A stretch of DNA of 64,000 nucleotides from a virus (Duplodnaviria > Caudoviricetes). The translations under genes were made by a program, and so were the position numbers. Shown here in pieces: positions 28,158 through 38,175 of the stretch. The DNA is taken from IMG/VR virus record IMGVR_UViG_3300032004_000001, positions 23,149-87,148 of that record. The stretch is one strand, 5' to 3'. The notes beneath the pieces were generated by a model, which was given only the letters and a program-made list of their open reading frames with translations, had not been told where the DNA came from and did no database searches. The stretch's first letter is position 1, and each line of letters begins with the position of its first letter.

Positions 28158-31100
28158 TCAATTATCCCTTGTCGATCTCAGCCAGTTATCCAGCATACCT
28201 TGCGGGCGGATCATATCCTTCATCGTGCTGACCACCACGGTTTTTACCGTGTCCAGGATTTGTCGAGTCTCGCCTGCATCCCCTCCGCCCGTGCCAGGCG
28301 CCATCTGGATTACCGGTGCCAGGACGATCTCGTAGTTGTTGCCGCCTCCCGACTGACTCGCCAGCTTGGATGCGCTGTTGCCCCGGCCGGTGACGTGGGC
28401 AGGGCCGGAGACCAGCTCAGGGCCGTACTCGCCGACGATACCGGTGCGGTTGTAAGGGATGAATCCTCCGGTGTCGTACATGGTCATGCCGCCACCGCCG
28501 CCTCCCCCACCACCAGACGAGGACCCACCGGCCAATTGGCCGATCGCCAGGCCTGCTACCAACCCTGCGTTGGCGTAGCCGGTGGCACGGATGAACGTGG
28601 CCAGTCCAATGCCCATGCCGAACGGCATCTCGCCGGTTGCCCGGGCAGCCGCCAATTCTGTGTACATGATGATCTGTGCAACGGCCAGGGCCTTCTGTGC
28701 GACGAAGGCGATCTTCTGTGCAGCGCTAGCGTCCTCAGCCGCGCTGGCGAACATCCCCAGGATGTTACCGGCCGAGGCCATGGCGCCGATCAGGGCCATC
28801 TTGCCCATCTCTTCCTGGTACTTGGCGTACTGGGTGGCGACCGCGCCCTGCTGCTCGCCGGCAGTGCGCTGGATGGCGGACTTCTGATCCTGGTAAGTCT
28901 TCTCGATGCGCAGCATCTCGTCAGCGTGCGCCTGCTGCTCCAACTGCTTGGCGTTCAACTGCTCGGTCTGCAGCTGGCGCTCGCGCTCGTTGGCGGCCAA
29001 CTGGATTTCCAGACTCTTCTCTAGCTCCAGCTGGCGCTTCTCATAGGCCTTGTTGCCGTCGGACGCTTCGACCACCGTCGAAACCAGGTCAGTGAACGGC
29101 GAGCTGGAGGCATCCCCTGTGGTCAAGCCTGCTGTGGGCAGGCCGGAGGTCGCTTGGTCTAGCTGCTTCTCGCGGATCTGCATGTAGATCCGGTTGAACT
29201 CTTCCAGGCTGATCGTGCCGCGCTGCAGGTTGTCGTTGAGCACAGCCAGGTCGTTGGCGGCGATACCAAACGGCGACTGCGAGTAACCGTCTCGCAGCTT
29301 CTCCAGGGCCGTGTGCTGCTTGTCCAGCGCGTTGACAGCTTGGTAGTACTTCAGGTTCAGCTCACCAAGGGCTTTGTCCTCCTGCTCCATGGTGATGGTG
29401 CCCGCGGCGCGCAGGCGGCGCATAGCCTCTGTGCCCTTGGCCAGATCCAGTTGCGCGTAGCTGGCCTCGTCGAATTTCTTGGCCAGGGCGGTATAGGCTC
29501 GCAGGTCTTCCTCTGCTTGTCGCTCGGCTGTCTTGTCCGAGCGGCCGGCGGCCTTGGTGCTCTTGCCCTCCATGCTCTTGATTTGGCCGAGGATTTTCGC
29601 CTGTTCGCCGTAGAGCCTGGTCAGGTTTTTGGTGTCGGCTGCTTTACCCTCACCTGGTGCTTCCGCCGCCTGGATCTCCGCGCGGATCGCCTCGAGCTGC
29701 TTCTTCTGCGCAGCGAGGTTTTCCGTCTCGGACATGGTGACCAGCGCCGAGGCGCGTTTGGCCTCGGCCAGCTTCTGCTCGTCGTCCTTGAGCTTGGTCA
29801 GCAGGACCTCGCGATCCGACTCGAGCTGCGCCATGGTCTTGGCCGAACTCTCTAGCTGTTGCAGCCCTGGGCGCGCGGCCATGTCGTTGGCTGCCACCGC
29901 CGCCGCGCCCTTCTCGATCAGCTGGCGCTGGTTCTCCTTCTCGGCGGTGATGGCCTTCTCGTTGTCCAGCAACTGCTGGGCCAGCGGTGTGATTTTCTCG
30001 TAATTCTTAGCGTCAGCCTGCGCGCGCAGATCCGCCTGGATCTTGCCTAGCTGGGCTTCGGTTGTTGGTAGGTTGGCGCGGGTCTGCTGTACGTTGTTAG
30101 CGCTGCCCTGCGCCGCGGCCATCAACTCGTTACGGCGCTTGGTCAGCGCATCGACCATGGCTTGCGAGCCGGCCGCGCCTGCGCCGAAGTCTCCGCCGCC
30201 TTGCGCCAGCGAGATCGACAGGTTGGTCTGTGCGATTGCCAGGTCATTGGTCAGCTTGACCAGCTCCGCGAGGCGGTTGGCGTGTGCCTGGCCTTCGTCG
30301 ACGTAATCGTTGGTGGTCTTGCCCAGCCCGTCCAGCGACACCTGGGATTCCTTGACCCGTGCCTCGAACGTGCCGAGCATCGCCTGCAGGCCGTCCAACT
30401 CATCGCGCACAGGCTTCAGCGATTCTTCAGGCAGCCCGGCCGCCACACCCTGCTGAAGCAGGGTAGTACGGGAATTGATCCGGGCCTGCACATCCCCTAC
30501 GCCGAGCTTGTTGGACTCCAGCTGTTCCTTGAGCGCCGCGCGCTGGCGCGCCAGTCCGGTCTCCTCAATCGACTTCTTCAGCTGGTCATAGCTGCTCTTG
30601 ACGTCGTCAATAGAGTTGCGGTGGTTCAGCACCTCTTCGTCGGTGTCCGTGCTGAACACCGAGTAAATCGCCGAGCCGATACCGTAGATCAGACCCACCC
30701 AGCCCAGGGCGCGCATCACCGCGCCGGCCGCCGCCGCCATTATGCTGAGACGTGACGCTGCCCAGGCAGCCCCTGTGCCCAGCGTGGTCAGGCCGTTGGC
30801 TGCCATCACCGAAGCAGCAGCCTGTACCCGGAACGCCGTGGTGGCATTGCCTGTGGTCAGGCTCATCTGCGTCATGCCGGCTGAGGTCGCGGCCAGGCGC
30901 TCGGACACCAGGGTCAGGCGCTCGGAAGCGCCCTTGGCATCCACCGACAGCGCGCCAAACACGCTGCCTGTGGCGATTTTGTACGCGGCCACGCCGCCCA
31001 GTACCCGGGCGATCGCTTCGGCGGAGGTTTGCGCCTGCACCATCAGCCGTTCCAGGCTGGTGATGTCGGTGCCCTCGCGATACGGCTCCATCAAGTCCAG

Positions 31101-33323
31101 AACGTATTTGGTGGCGTTGGCGGTCATCTCGCGCAGGCGCATGTCCAGTTGGCTGAAGGCCTGCAGCTGGACTTCCTCAAGGCTGGACAGCATCTCCTTC
31201 CAGTCGAACTTGAGGTTGTCGGAAATGATCTTCTCCATCCGGTCGCCAGCTCCGGCGACGTTCTGGTTCTGCGCGCTGAACTCGTTGAACTGGGCCGTAT
31301 TGTCGACCAGGCCAGTCACTGCCGAGGAAGCGTACACGCCGACCAGGTCGGTGATAGCAGCCAACCGCTCAGGGCCAGGCAGGTCTTTGAACGCCCTGGA
31401 CATCTGGTTGATGATGTTGCTCAGCGACCGGGTGTTGCCTTCCGCATCCAAGATATCCAGGCTGTATTTCTTGATGACCTCGGAGCCCTGCTTGGTCGGG
31501 TTCAGCAGGTTGGTGAACATCCGGCGCAGTGCGGAACCGGAGCGAGAGCCCTTGATCCCGACGTTGGCCATAGTCTCAATGGCCGCCGTGGTTTCCTGGA
31601 TCGAGAACCCGGCAGTCTTGGCCGCTGGGCCAGCGTAGCTCAGCGAGTTGGCCAGCTGTTCGATGTCGGCGTTGGAGTTGTTCACCGCCGTGGCCATCAA
31701 GTCCACGACACCCTGCAGGTCCTTGGCCTGCATTCCGAAGGTCATCAGCACGTTGGTGGCGATGTCCGCCGAACGGCCCATATCCACGTTGGCCAGGTTG
31801 GCCAGCTGCAGTGCTGGCTTCAGCGCGACCAGAGCCTCGTTGGCCGACAGGCCAGCCATACCCAGTTGCTGCAGACCGTCGCCGACCTCAGACGCGGTGA
31901 ACACCGTCGTCTGGCCCAGGGCCCTAACCTGCATCTCCAGGGCTCGGGACTGCTCTTGAGCGTTGGTCAGCCACGGGGCCGAATCCTCCCCGCCGGACAT
32001 CACCGCGCGGGTGCGGGACATCGTTGCGTAGAACTCGGCACCGGTGATGACCGAGTCGCGCAGCGCGGCGGAGATCCCGTAGGTGGCCGTGGCCGCCAGG
32101 ACAGTGGCGCTGGTGTACATGCCGACGCTGGCATGCAGCCCGGTGAGGCCTGCGCGCAGCATAGCGGCCGACTGACTGCCTAGCTCCTGGGCTACGTTGA
32201 CCTTGGTCTGCGCCGCGCCAAAGCCCAGTAGGGCCGAAGTGGACATGCCCAGCAGCTTGTTGTGGCGTTCCTGCTCGGCGATCTGCGTCTTGAGCTGGGT
32301 AACGCGCTGGCCGTGCGAGGTGGATGCCAGCTGAGCCTGAGCCTGCAGCCTGACCAGCGCCGCTTCCTCGCGCTTGATCGCCGCCGTCATCTCGTCGACG
32401 ACTTTCTTCTCGATGGTGGCTTCGGTTATGGCCTTCTTGCGCGCGGCGATTTGCGCGTTGACCCTGGCGATCTCTTCCTGACGGCCGCCGGTCAAGCTGG
32501 CCAGAGTGGCTTGCAGCTTCTTCAGCTGCAGGTCCTCGCGCGCCGTCTCAGTGATCTCGGCCTTACGGGCCGCGATCAGCTGCTGGGTCTTTGTGATCTG
32601 CTCCTGCTGGCCACCAGTGAGCCCGGCCAGGGTCTTCTCCAGCTGGCGCAGCTGGTTGTCCAGCCTGAACTCTTCGGTGATTTGGCTGCGGCGCGCGGCG
32701 ATGTACGCCTGAGTCATCACGTTGGACCTGCCCTGGCCACTGGTCATGCCCGCCAGGGTCAGGGTCAGGTTGTCGCCGGTGATACGCAGCCGCTGCTCCA
32801 CCGTGGCCATGTTCTGCTTGTGAGCCAGGTTGGCTTTCAGGTTCGCATTAGATTTGCCGACTTCGCTGTCCGTGGCGGCGATCGCCGCGCGCAGGAACGA
32901 GTTCTCGGCGGTCATCTTGTTGGTCAGCTGAAGGGTCTTCTGCTGCCAGGCGCTGTAGGTGTTCTTGCTCGCGGTATCGTTGAGCAGCCGGCCGAGTTCA
33001 GCCAGCTCGCCGTTGTAGGCTTTGGCTTGGACGGTGGCTTTGAGGTTGTTGGCGGCCAGGCCGGACATCATCAGGTTGACGTTGTCCCGCACGGTCTGCA
33101 TGGTCTTGCCAAGCTTTTCGGCATCGGCGCCGGAGGCGACAAGGATCTTCTCGAGCTTGTCGTACTCGGCGTTCATCGTGGCCAGCAGCTTCGTGGAAGC
33201 TGAAGTGGACTTTCCGGACTTGGCCTCGAGGGTATCGAGGGCCTTACCCATGTTGGCCAGCCGCAACTGGAACTGTGCCAACTGGCTCAGCGATTCGGAG
33301 AAGTCCACTTCAAACTGAGCCAT
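28158..33323 (-). CDS. tape measure protein (TP901-type core)
   Basis: 1721 aa Ala-rich helical protein; TTVFTASEV...LGMAG...SLSYAGP.A...GIKGSRSGSALR; C-terminal YDTGG...GIVGEYGPELV. Confidence 0.95.
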   Translation of the reverse strand: MAQFEVDFSESLSQLAQFQLRLANMGKALDTLEAKSGKSTSASTKLLATMNAEYDKLEKILVASGADAEKLGKTMQTVRDNVNLMMSGLAANNLKATVQAKAYNGELAELGRLLNDTASKNTYSAWQQKTLQLTNKMTAENSFLRAAIAATDSEVGKSNANLKANLAHKQNMATVEQRLRITGDNLTLTLAGMTSGQGRSNVMTQAYIAARRSQITEEFRLDNQLRQLEKTLAGLTGGQQEQITKTQQLIAARKAEITETAREDLQLKKLQATLASLTGGRQEEIARVNAQIAARKKAITEATIEKKVVDEMTAAIKREEAALVRLQAQAQLASTSHGQRVTQLKTQIAEQERHNKLLGMSTSALLGFGAAQTKVNVAQELGSQSAAMLRAGLTGLHASVGMYTSATVLAATATYGISAALRDSVITGAEFYATMSRTRAVMSGGEDSAPWLTNAQEQSRALEMQVRALGQTTVFTASEVGDGLQQLGMAGLSANEALVALKPALQLANLANVDMGRSADIATNVLMTFGMQAKDLQGVVDLMATAVNNSNADIEQLANSLSYAGPAAKTAGFSIQETTAAIETMANVGIKGSRSGSALRRMFTNLLNPTKQGSEVIKKYSLDILDAEGNTRSLSNIINQMSRAFKDLPGPERLAAITDLVGVYASSAVTGLVDNTAQFNEFSAQNQNVAGAGDRMEKIISDNLKFDWKEMLSSLEEVQLQAFSQLDMRLREMTANATKYVLDLMEPYREGTDITSLERLMVQAQTSAEAIARVLGGVAAYKIATGSVFGALSVDAKGASERLTLVSERLAATSAGMTQMSLTTGNATTAFRVQAAASVMAANGLTTLGTGAAWAASRLSIMAAAAGAVMRALGWVGLIYGIGSAIYSVFSTDTDEEVLNHRNSIDDVKSSYDQLKKSIEETGLARQRAALKEQLESNKLGVGDVQARINSRTTLLQQGVAAGLPEESLKPVRDELDGLQAMLGTFEARVKESQVSLDGLGKTTNDYVDEGQAHANRLAELVKLTNDLAIAQTNLSISLAQGGGDFGAGAAGSQAMVDALTKRRNELMAAAQGSANNVQQTRANLPTTEAQLGKIQADLRAQADAKNYEKITPLAQQLLDNEKAITAEKENQRQLIEKGAAAVAANDMAARPGLQQLESSAKTMAQLESDREVLLTKLKDDEQKLAEAKRASALVTMSETENLAAQKKQLEAIRAEIQAAEAPGEGKAADTKNLTRLYGEQAKILGQIKSMEGKSTKAAGRSDKTAERQAEEDLRAYTALAKKFDEASYAQLDLAKGTEAMRRLRAAGTITMEQEDKALGELNLKYYQAVNALDKQHTALEKLRDGYSQSPFGIAANDLAVLNDNLQRGTISLEEFNRIYMQIREKQLDQATSGLPTAGLTTGDASSSPFTDLVSTVVEASDGNKAYEKRQLELEKSLEIQLAANERERQLQTEQLNAKQLEQQAHADEMLRIEKTYQDQKSAIQRTAGEQQGAVATQYAKYQEEMGKMALIGAMASAGNILGMFASAAEDASAAQKIAFVAQKALAVAQIIMYTELAAARATGEMPFGMGIGLATFIRATGYANAGLVAGLAIGQLAGGSSSGGGGGGGGGMTMYDTGGFIPYNRTGIVGEYGPELVSGPAHVTGRGNSASKLASQSGGGNNYEIVLAPVIQMAPGTGGGDAGETRQILDTVKTVVVSTMKDMIRPQGMLDNWLRSTRDN

Positions 33324-33716
33324 TTATCTCTTCCTCTTCCTTTTGGGCTTCCGAGGAGGGTCCTTTTCTTCAGCTGTTCGCTGAGCCTCCGCCTTCATGT
33401 ACTGATCATACAGTATGGCGTTGTCGGTTTCCTCCATTGTCAAGTAGAAGAGGCTCATTTGCTCGGGGTGCAGCCGTAAAACTCGCTCTGCGAAGTCAGC
33501 CATTTCCTGATAGCTCAGCGGCTGATACCCGGTATTGCCGAACTGCCGCCTGCGGTGCAGGCGGAAGAAGGCGTTGGCCAGCCACCGATGGATGGGCAGG
33601 GGTTCTCGGAAATCGGCAAGTTTTGGGTGCTTCTTACCGAACTTCTTCTCCAGGGCCTGAAAAGCCTGGATCCCCTTCTGCCCATACGTGATCAGGAAAC
33701 GGCAGAACTCTTTACC
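33324..33716 (-). CDS. tail assembly chaperone T segment (gpGT, probably via -1 frameshift; absent from ORF track)
   Basis: Open -1 frame GKEFCRFLITYGQKGIQAFQALEKK...FFRLHRRRQFGNTGYQPLSYQEMADF...KRKRKR*, with its stop abutting the tape measure ATG and no Met in the first half. Confidence 0.85.
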   Translation of the reverse strand, partial: GKEFCRFLITYGQKGIQAFQALEKKFGKKHPKLADFREPLPIHRWLANAFFRLHRRRQFGNTGYQPLSYQEMADFAERVLRLHPEQMSLFYLTMEETDNAILYDQYMKAEAQRTAEEKDPPRKPKRKRKR

Positions 33717-34144
33717 GTTTTGGCCACACTTTCTTCGGCTGCAGCGCGGTAGTACGAGTGGTTCAGCGAGAACATCTCAAGGAATCTCGCCAATTCGGCG
33801 TAGCGCGGGTCAAGCATCAGCTTCACGCCCAGCTCGGGGGTGTAGGCCAGCTCGCCTTCGCCTTTCTCGCCGACGTTCTTCCAATCCAACAGGCACTGCT
33901 CACAGAAGGCGATGGTGTAGATTTCCTGCAGCTTGCTCATGGCCTCGGGGGTCATGCTACCTGCGTCGTCCTTCTTCTCCAGGACTTCGCGGTTCAGGTT
34001 GAACAGCTCGCCAACCCGCGCGTCGTAGCTGGCGCCTTTGCGCGCGAGCAGAAATTGGCCGCCCATGTAGTCAGCCCACACGCCGCCGGAAGAAAGTTTT
34101 GGGTCAATCGCGATGGAAGAGAGAATAAGCATTTGAGGGATCAT
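33692..34144 (-). CDS. tail assembly chaperone G
   Basis: Lies between tail tube and tape measure; LLDWKNV...LAYTPE. Confidence 0.85.
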   Translation of the reverse strand: MIPQMLILSSIAIDPKLSSGGVWADYMGGQFLLARKGASYDARVGELFNLNREVLEKKDDAGSMTPEAMSKLQEIYTIAFCEQCLLDWKNVGEKGEGELAYTPELGVKLMLDPRYAELARFLEMFSLNHSYYRAAAEESVAKTVKSSAVS

Positions 34145-34211
34145 CCTTGGGAAAGTCGGTAACTAGCGGCGTTACTCTATCAAGAGCAACGCCGCGAGTC
34201 ACGCCCCAAGG

Positions 34212-35261
34212 TTACGGGGTAGGCACGTAGCTGATGGCGATCACGCAAGGAACGTCGACGTTGTCGCCGATGGTGACCTTGCCTGCTTCGGCGGTGAGGG
34301 TCATGGCCGACTTGTAGTCAGCGTTCTCGCCTTCAGCGTTGTTGGTCGGGGCCTGCGCCATCAGATTCGGCATCTGGATGGTGAAGGTGCCTTCAGCGGT
34401 GGAGACCGTGGTCTTCAGGCTGACGCGCTTGTTGTTCATGTGGGTGTCGAGGATGGTCTGGTCGAAGTAGTAAATCTCGCCAGAGAAGGTCACCGCGACC
34501 TTGCCCACACCGATACCCGCAGCGAACTGGTGGCCGAGACCGGACTGCTCACGAGCGTTGTTCTGGATCTGCAGCGAGGCATCGCTCCAGGTCACTTCGA
34601 GCAGGTCGTCGTTTTCGTCGCGGATCTCGATGGCCGACAGGTTGTTCGAGCTGTCAGCGATCTCGTAGTTGGCCGGCGCGGTCTTGGCGTTGCCCACCGA
34701 ACCGCCCAGGCCGTCGGCACCCGCAACCGCATTGCCATAGTCAGCATTGGCCGACATGGTGTTGCACGCCAGGGTGATCAGCTCACCATCGCCGAACTGC
34801 ATGGTGACGTCGTTCATGATGGTGCCGAAGTACCACTCATGGTCCAGGCGGTCGGTGGCCAGCGCGCCTTGGCGAACTGTTTTCTCGACGACCATGTACT
34901 GCTTCAGCTCGCCATCGGTGATGAACTTGCCCTGCAGAGGGTCGGTGGAATTGACGTCCTTCCAGGTGCCCAGCAGCGCGAGCTGGAGCAGGTCCAAGAT
35001 CCATGGAGTGGCACCGAATTCCACGGTGACCGCGCCGTTGGCACTGCCCTTGGTGTTCTTCGAACCAGAGGTACGGCGGTCGCCGCGAATTGCAGTGGAA
35101 GTCTTCGACTCCTTCTGCATGGCGAAGCCTTCGGTGGTGAACGGGATCAACTTCATCGGTACGCGCGTGGCGCCGACGAAGTCGGATTTGCTATCCAGAG
35201 GGCTGATGGCATATGCCAGCGACACCGAGGACGTATCGTTAAAACTCTTGACTTGTGGCAT
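34212..35261 (-). CDS. major tail tube protein
   Basis: About 350 aa, beta-rich; VAVTFSGEIYY; canonical position; RBS AAGGAG. Confidence 0.85.
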   Translation of the reverse strand: MPQVKSFNDTSSVSLAYAISPLDSKSDFVGATRVPMKLIPFTTEGFAMQKESKTSTAIRGDRRTSGSKNTKGSANGAVTVEFGATPWILDLLQLALLGTWKDVNSTDPLQGKFITDGELKQYMVVEKTVRQGALATDRLDHEWYFGTIMNDVTMQFGDGELITLACNTMSANADYGNAVAGADGLGGSVGNAKTAPANYEIADSSNNLSAIEIRDENDDLLEVTWSDASLQIQNNAREQSGLGHQFAAGIGVGKVAVTFSGEIYYFDQTILDTHMNNKRVSLKTTVSTAEGTFTIQMPNLMAQAPTNNAEGENADYKSAMTLTAEAGKVTIGDNVDVPCVIAISYVPTP

Positions 35262-35266
35262 AGCCG

Positions 35267-35719
35267 TCAACTCCTTTGGACGTAAATTTCAAACTCAATG
35301 TTTGTCACACCGCCGTAGGCGGTGAAGCCATGCAACGGGGCCGGTGGCACAGGTTCAAAAGTGCGGAACCTGATGCCGTTTATGGTCTGGTCCTGGAACC
35401 AGTTCGCAACTGCTTCGACCTTGCGGCCGTACTTTACCTTGTCCCGCGGGGCTTTGGTAAACAACGAGAGGTCCAGGCTCCCGAATACCTTGCGTGGTGC
35501 TACCTGCGACGGGCCTGCGCGGCCAGTGCGCTCGATGACCAACTCGAACAGCCAGAATTCCTCATCCTGCTCTAACAGCACTCCCACATCGTTGTCGCTG
35601 AGATCCGCGCCTTCTATAAAATCATAGGCGTAGAGCATGTCAGGGTCGACCTTCGTCCGGACGTACTCTCGAAAGCGGACATCCAGGTCGGACAGTGATT
35701 CCAGCATGAAGTCGCTCAT
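35267..35719 (-). CDS. tail terminator / tail completion protein (by position)
   Basis: Size and position immediately upstream of the tail tube gene. Confidence 0.6.
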   Translation of the reverse strand: MSDFMLESLSDLDVRFREYVRTKVDPDMLYAYDFIEGADLSDNDVGVLLEQDEEFWLFELVIERTGRAGPSQVAPRKVFGSLDLSLFTKAPRDKVKYGRKVEAVANWFQDQTINGIRFRTFEPVPPAPLHGFTAYGGVTNIEFEIYVQRS

Positions 35720-36222
35720 CGGTAGCTTTTCCTTACCTGGCCAGCGGCCATGCGATTCTCGAAGATACGTCGTACCTCTTCCACTGCAGCCAGCCCCGCA
35801 CCCTCTATGTTTGCGTTGTGGCCGTACTCAGTTTCCGGATCTATGGCGTTGAAGAAATAGAACACTGTGGCGGGATTGCGTCCGGCGACCAGCTTCTCTA
35901 CTACTTCACGCAGCTCCTTGTCCCGCACGAACCGCTGGGTCAGGGCAGCGTTTTTGCCCGCATCCCGGCGGCGCCCCACCGGCGGCACTCCAGGCCTGGT
36001 AGATGTTTCACGCAAGTCGCGCAGAGTCCCGTAGCGGCGCGATGCTGGGCGGCTACGCCCCTTGGCCGCTATCTGCCAATGCACCGCGGCGTTGGAGGAG
36101 TCGTGCTTCGTTACCTGGACCGCCATCACCAGCCCAGCCATCACTGCCTGGCGTATCGCCCTAGAGAAGAGGGCACCTACGTCGACACTTAGGTTACGGG
36201 CTTGGTCGGCGAACTTACCCAT
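35716..36222 (-). CDS. neck / tail completion protein (by position)
   Basis: VTKHDSSNAAVHWQ resembles the TPVDTG.A..nW segment of HK97 gp10-like proteins. Confidence 0.55.
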   Translation of the reverse strand: MGKFADQARNLSVDVGALFSRAIRQAVMAGLVMAVQVTKHDSSNAAVHWQIAAKGRSRPASRRYGTLRDLRETSTRPGVPPVGRRRDAGKNAALTQRFVRDKELREVVEKLVAGRNPATVFYFFNAIDPETEYGHNANIEGAGLAAVEEVRRIFENRMAAGQVRKSYR

Positions 36223-37133
36223 TAGACCACCCTCAAGGTGTACTGCCGGTTGCCTGCCTGAGTCTCAACGCTCTTGACCTGTTTTCTGACTCCGTTCAGT
36301 TCAAGCCACACGTCCTTGCCGCGGATGTTGACGCCGAACGGTAGGTGATCAGCTTCGAAAAACACGGTGCGGTAGGTCTGAGTGTCGGTAACCCACAGGG
36401 CGGCCTCAATTGCCTTCTCCATTACCCCTGTAACATTGAACTGGGACAGGCTCAGCTCGTACTCGTTGGTCACCTTGTTCATCACGCGCTTGCCCGCTAC
36501 GTGCAAAACGAAGTCGCTGCGATAGTCGTTCTCGTGGTCTATACGCAGCCCAAAGAACCCTGAGTCGACAAAGGAGTCCAGAACCCTGTACTTCACGCCG
36601 TGCAGGGTGATGAAGTCCCACTCCTTGGGCTGTATGTTCAATGGCAGGTAGGCATTGTAGCGCTCGATGCGCAGGTCCGTTGTGCCGTTCTCGTCTGTGC
36701 TGCTGAGGAATTCGGTATCGATGTAGCACTTGGCAAGGGTCGTATCAACCAGCCAGCCCGGGTTGGTCGGCGGGCCCTGCACAACCTTGCGTGTGATAGT
36801 GGCCAGACCAGCGCCCCCACCTGGCACGTCCGTGACCAGCTGCAGGATAGTCAGGCCGAGGTAATCCACCCCGCCGAGGGCGTCCTTTCGGGTCGTGCCC
36901 AAGAGGTACACATCCTTGGTACCGGGGTGGCGAACTGTCAAACTTTCTGGAAACACCACCGCGTTGTCGGCGAATAGCATCCGGCGCCGCGTTGGCTTGT
37001 TGAAGTTGCTGAGGAAGCGATCGGTCAAATCGATCCGGCCCAGGAAGAAGTTGGGGATCCAGGTCTCGGTGACCGGGTCCCAAGCCTCCATTGGCTCGGT
37101 GATGTGCTTGGCCGCAATCTTCTTCAGGTTCAT
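36222..37133 (-). CDS. head closure / neck protein (by position)
   Basis: 303 aa within the head-tail joining block. Confidence 0.55.
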   Translation of the reverse strand: MNLKKIAAKHITEPMEAWDPVTETWIPNFFLGRIDLTDRFLSNFNKPTRRRMLFADNAVVFPESLTVRHPGTKDVYLLGTTRKDALGGVDYLGLTILQLVTDVPGGGAGLATITRKVVQGPPTNPGWLVDTTLAKCYIDTEFLSSTDENGTTDLRIERYNAYLPLNIQPKEWDFITLHGVKYRVLDSFVDSGFFGLRIDHENDYRSDFVLHVAGKRVMNKVTNEYELSLSQFNVTGVMEKAIEAALWVTDTQTYRTVFFEADHLPFGVNIRGKDVWLELNGVRKQVKSVETQAGNRQYTLRVV

Positions 37134-37612
37134 TGCAGGTTGGCCGCCCTTGGCTGTGTGATTGGATCGCGGTCAGGGATGACACGCACAAACATCCGGT
37201 AGGGCATGGCTGTCGGCGGGGTGATGCCCAGGTCATCGACCAGGTCCGCCAGGTATGCGTCAGCTTGATCAAAGAACGCCTGGGCCATCCAGGCCCAGCC
37301 GTCTTTGTCACTGCGTTGGCCTTCGTTGGAGCCGTCAGAGACCTTCTTGAGGAAGATCACCTGGGCCATCCTGGCCACGACTCCAGCGCAGTAATACTTC
37401 GCTACCAGCGACAGCAGACGCTTCTGCTTTGCGGTTCCGGTCGAACCGTCGCCGATACCTTCCCACGCACCGGGCAAAGCCTTATCCAAGGCTGCACCCA
37501 AATCGTCGTCCAGACCTTGGGCGTCGATCTTTGCAGCGTCGATACCGTCCGATCCGTCGGCGGTGAGTACAGCCAGGATTTGCTCAGTGGAGGTCAGGTC
37601 GAAGTAGGCCAT
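37130..37612 (-). CDS. head-tail adaptor (by position)
   Basis: Helical 160-aa protein downstream of the capsid gene. Confidence 0.55.
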   Translation of the reverse strand: MAYFDLTSTEQILAVLTADGSDGIDAAKIDAQGLDDDLGAALDKALPGAWEGIGDGSTGTAKQKRLLSLVAKYYCAGVVARMAQVIFLKKVSDGSNEGQRSDKDGWAWMAQAFFDQADAYLADLVDDLGITPPTAMPYRMFVRVIPDRDPITQPRAANLQ

Positions 37613-37613
37613 T

Positions 37614-38108
37614 TCAGTCTTCCTTTTTGACCTTCAGCAGGCGGGAAGCCACCTGATTTTCCAGCCAGCCGTCCTGCAGCAAGTGGGCTTCGCCCTTGCC
37701 TTTGATCCAGGTGCCGGTTGAAGGCTGACGCAGGTCGGAGAAGGTCAAGCTTTCGACCAGGGCCAAGGTGCGCTCGGACGGCTTGCGGCCGGAGACCTTG
37801 GCTACTTCAGCCAGCTGAGCCAGGCGCTCTGCGTTGGACAGGGCTTCTTTATCAGCCTGCTCTTTTTCGGCGGCCAGGCGAGCTTCTTCCTTCTCACTGG
37901 CTTCCTTCTGAGCCTGCTCGTTCGCAGCGGCTTGCTCGTCGGCAAGTTTCTGATCGCGTGCGCGCTGTTCTTCAGCAGTCCTCTCGGCGGCTTGCTGGCG
38001 CTCGAGTTCTTCCTTCTGCTTGGCTTCTTCAGCCGCCCGGGCTTCCTGCACGCGCAGTTCTTCCTGCTCGGCGGGGGTCAATTCCTTGTCGGATTTTTTA
38101 AGTGCCAT
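37614..38108 (-). CDS. Glu/Ala/Gln-rich coiled-coil protein
   Basis: RBS AGGAGA; low-complexity EAKQ helix plus a small C-terminal domain. Confidence 0.7.
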   Translation of the reverse strand: MALKKSDKELTPAEQEELRVQEARAAEEAKQKEELERQQAAERTAEEQRARDQKLADEQAAANEQAQKEASEKEEARLAAEKEQADKEALSNAERLAQLAEVAKVSGRKPSERTLALVESLTFSDLRQPSTGTWIKGKGEAHLLQDGWLENQVASRLLKVKKED

Positions 38109-38136
38109 GATCGTGAATCTCCTGACTGTTCAATGG

Positions 38137-38165
38137 AAAGAAAGGCCGCCGGAGCGGCCCTTCTT
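38137..38165 (-). terminator. intrinsic terminator after the major capsid gene
   Basis: Minus strand GGCCGC-TCCG-GCGGCC followed by TTTCTTT. Confidence 0.75.
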
Positions 38166-38175
38166 CTTCACTTCC

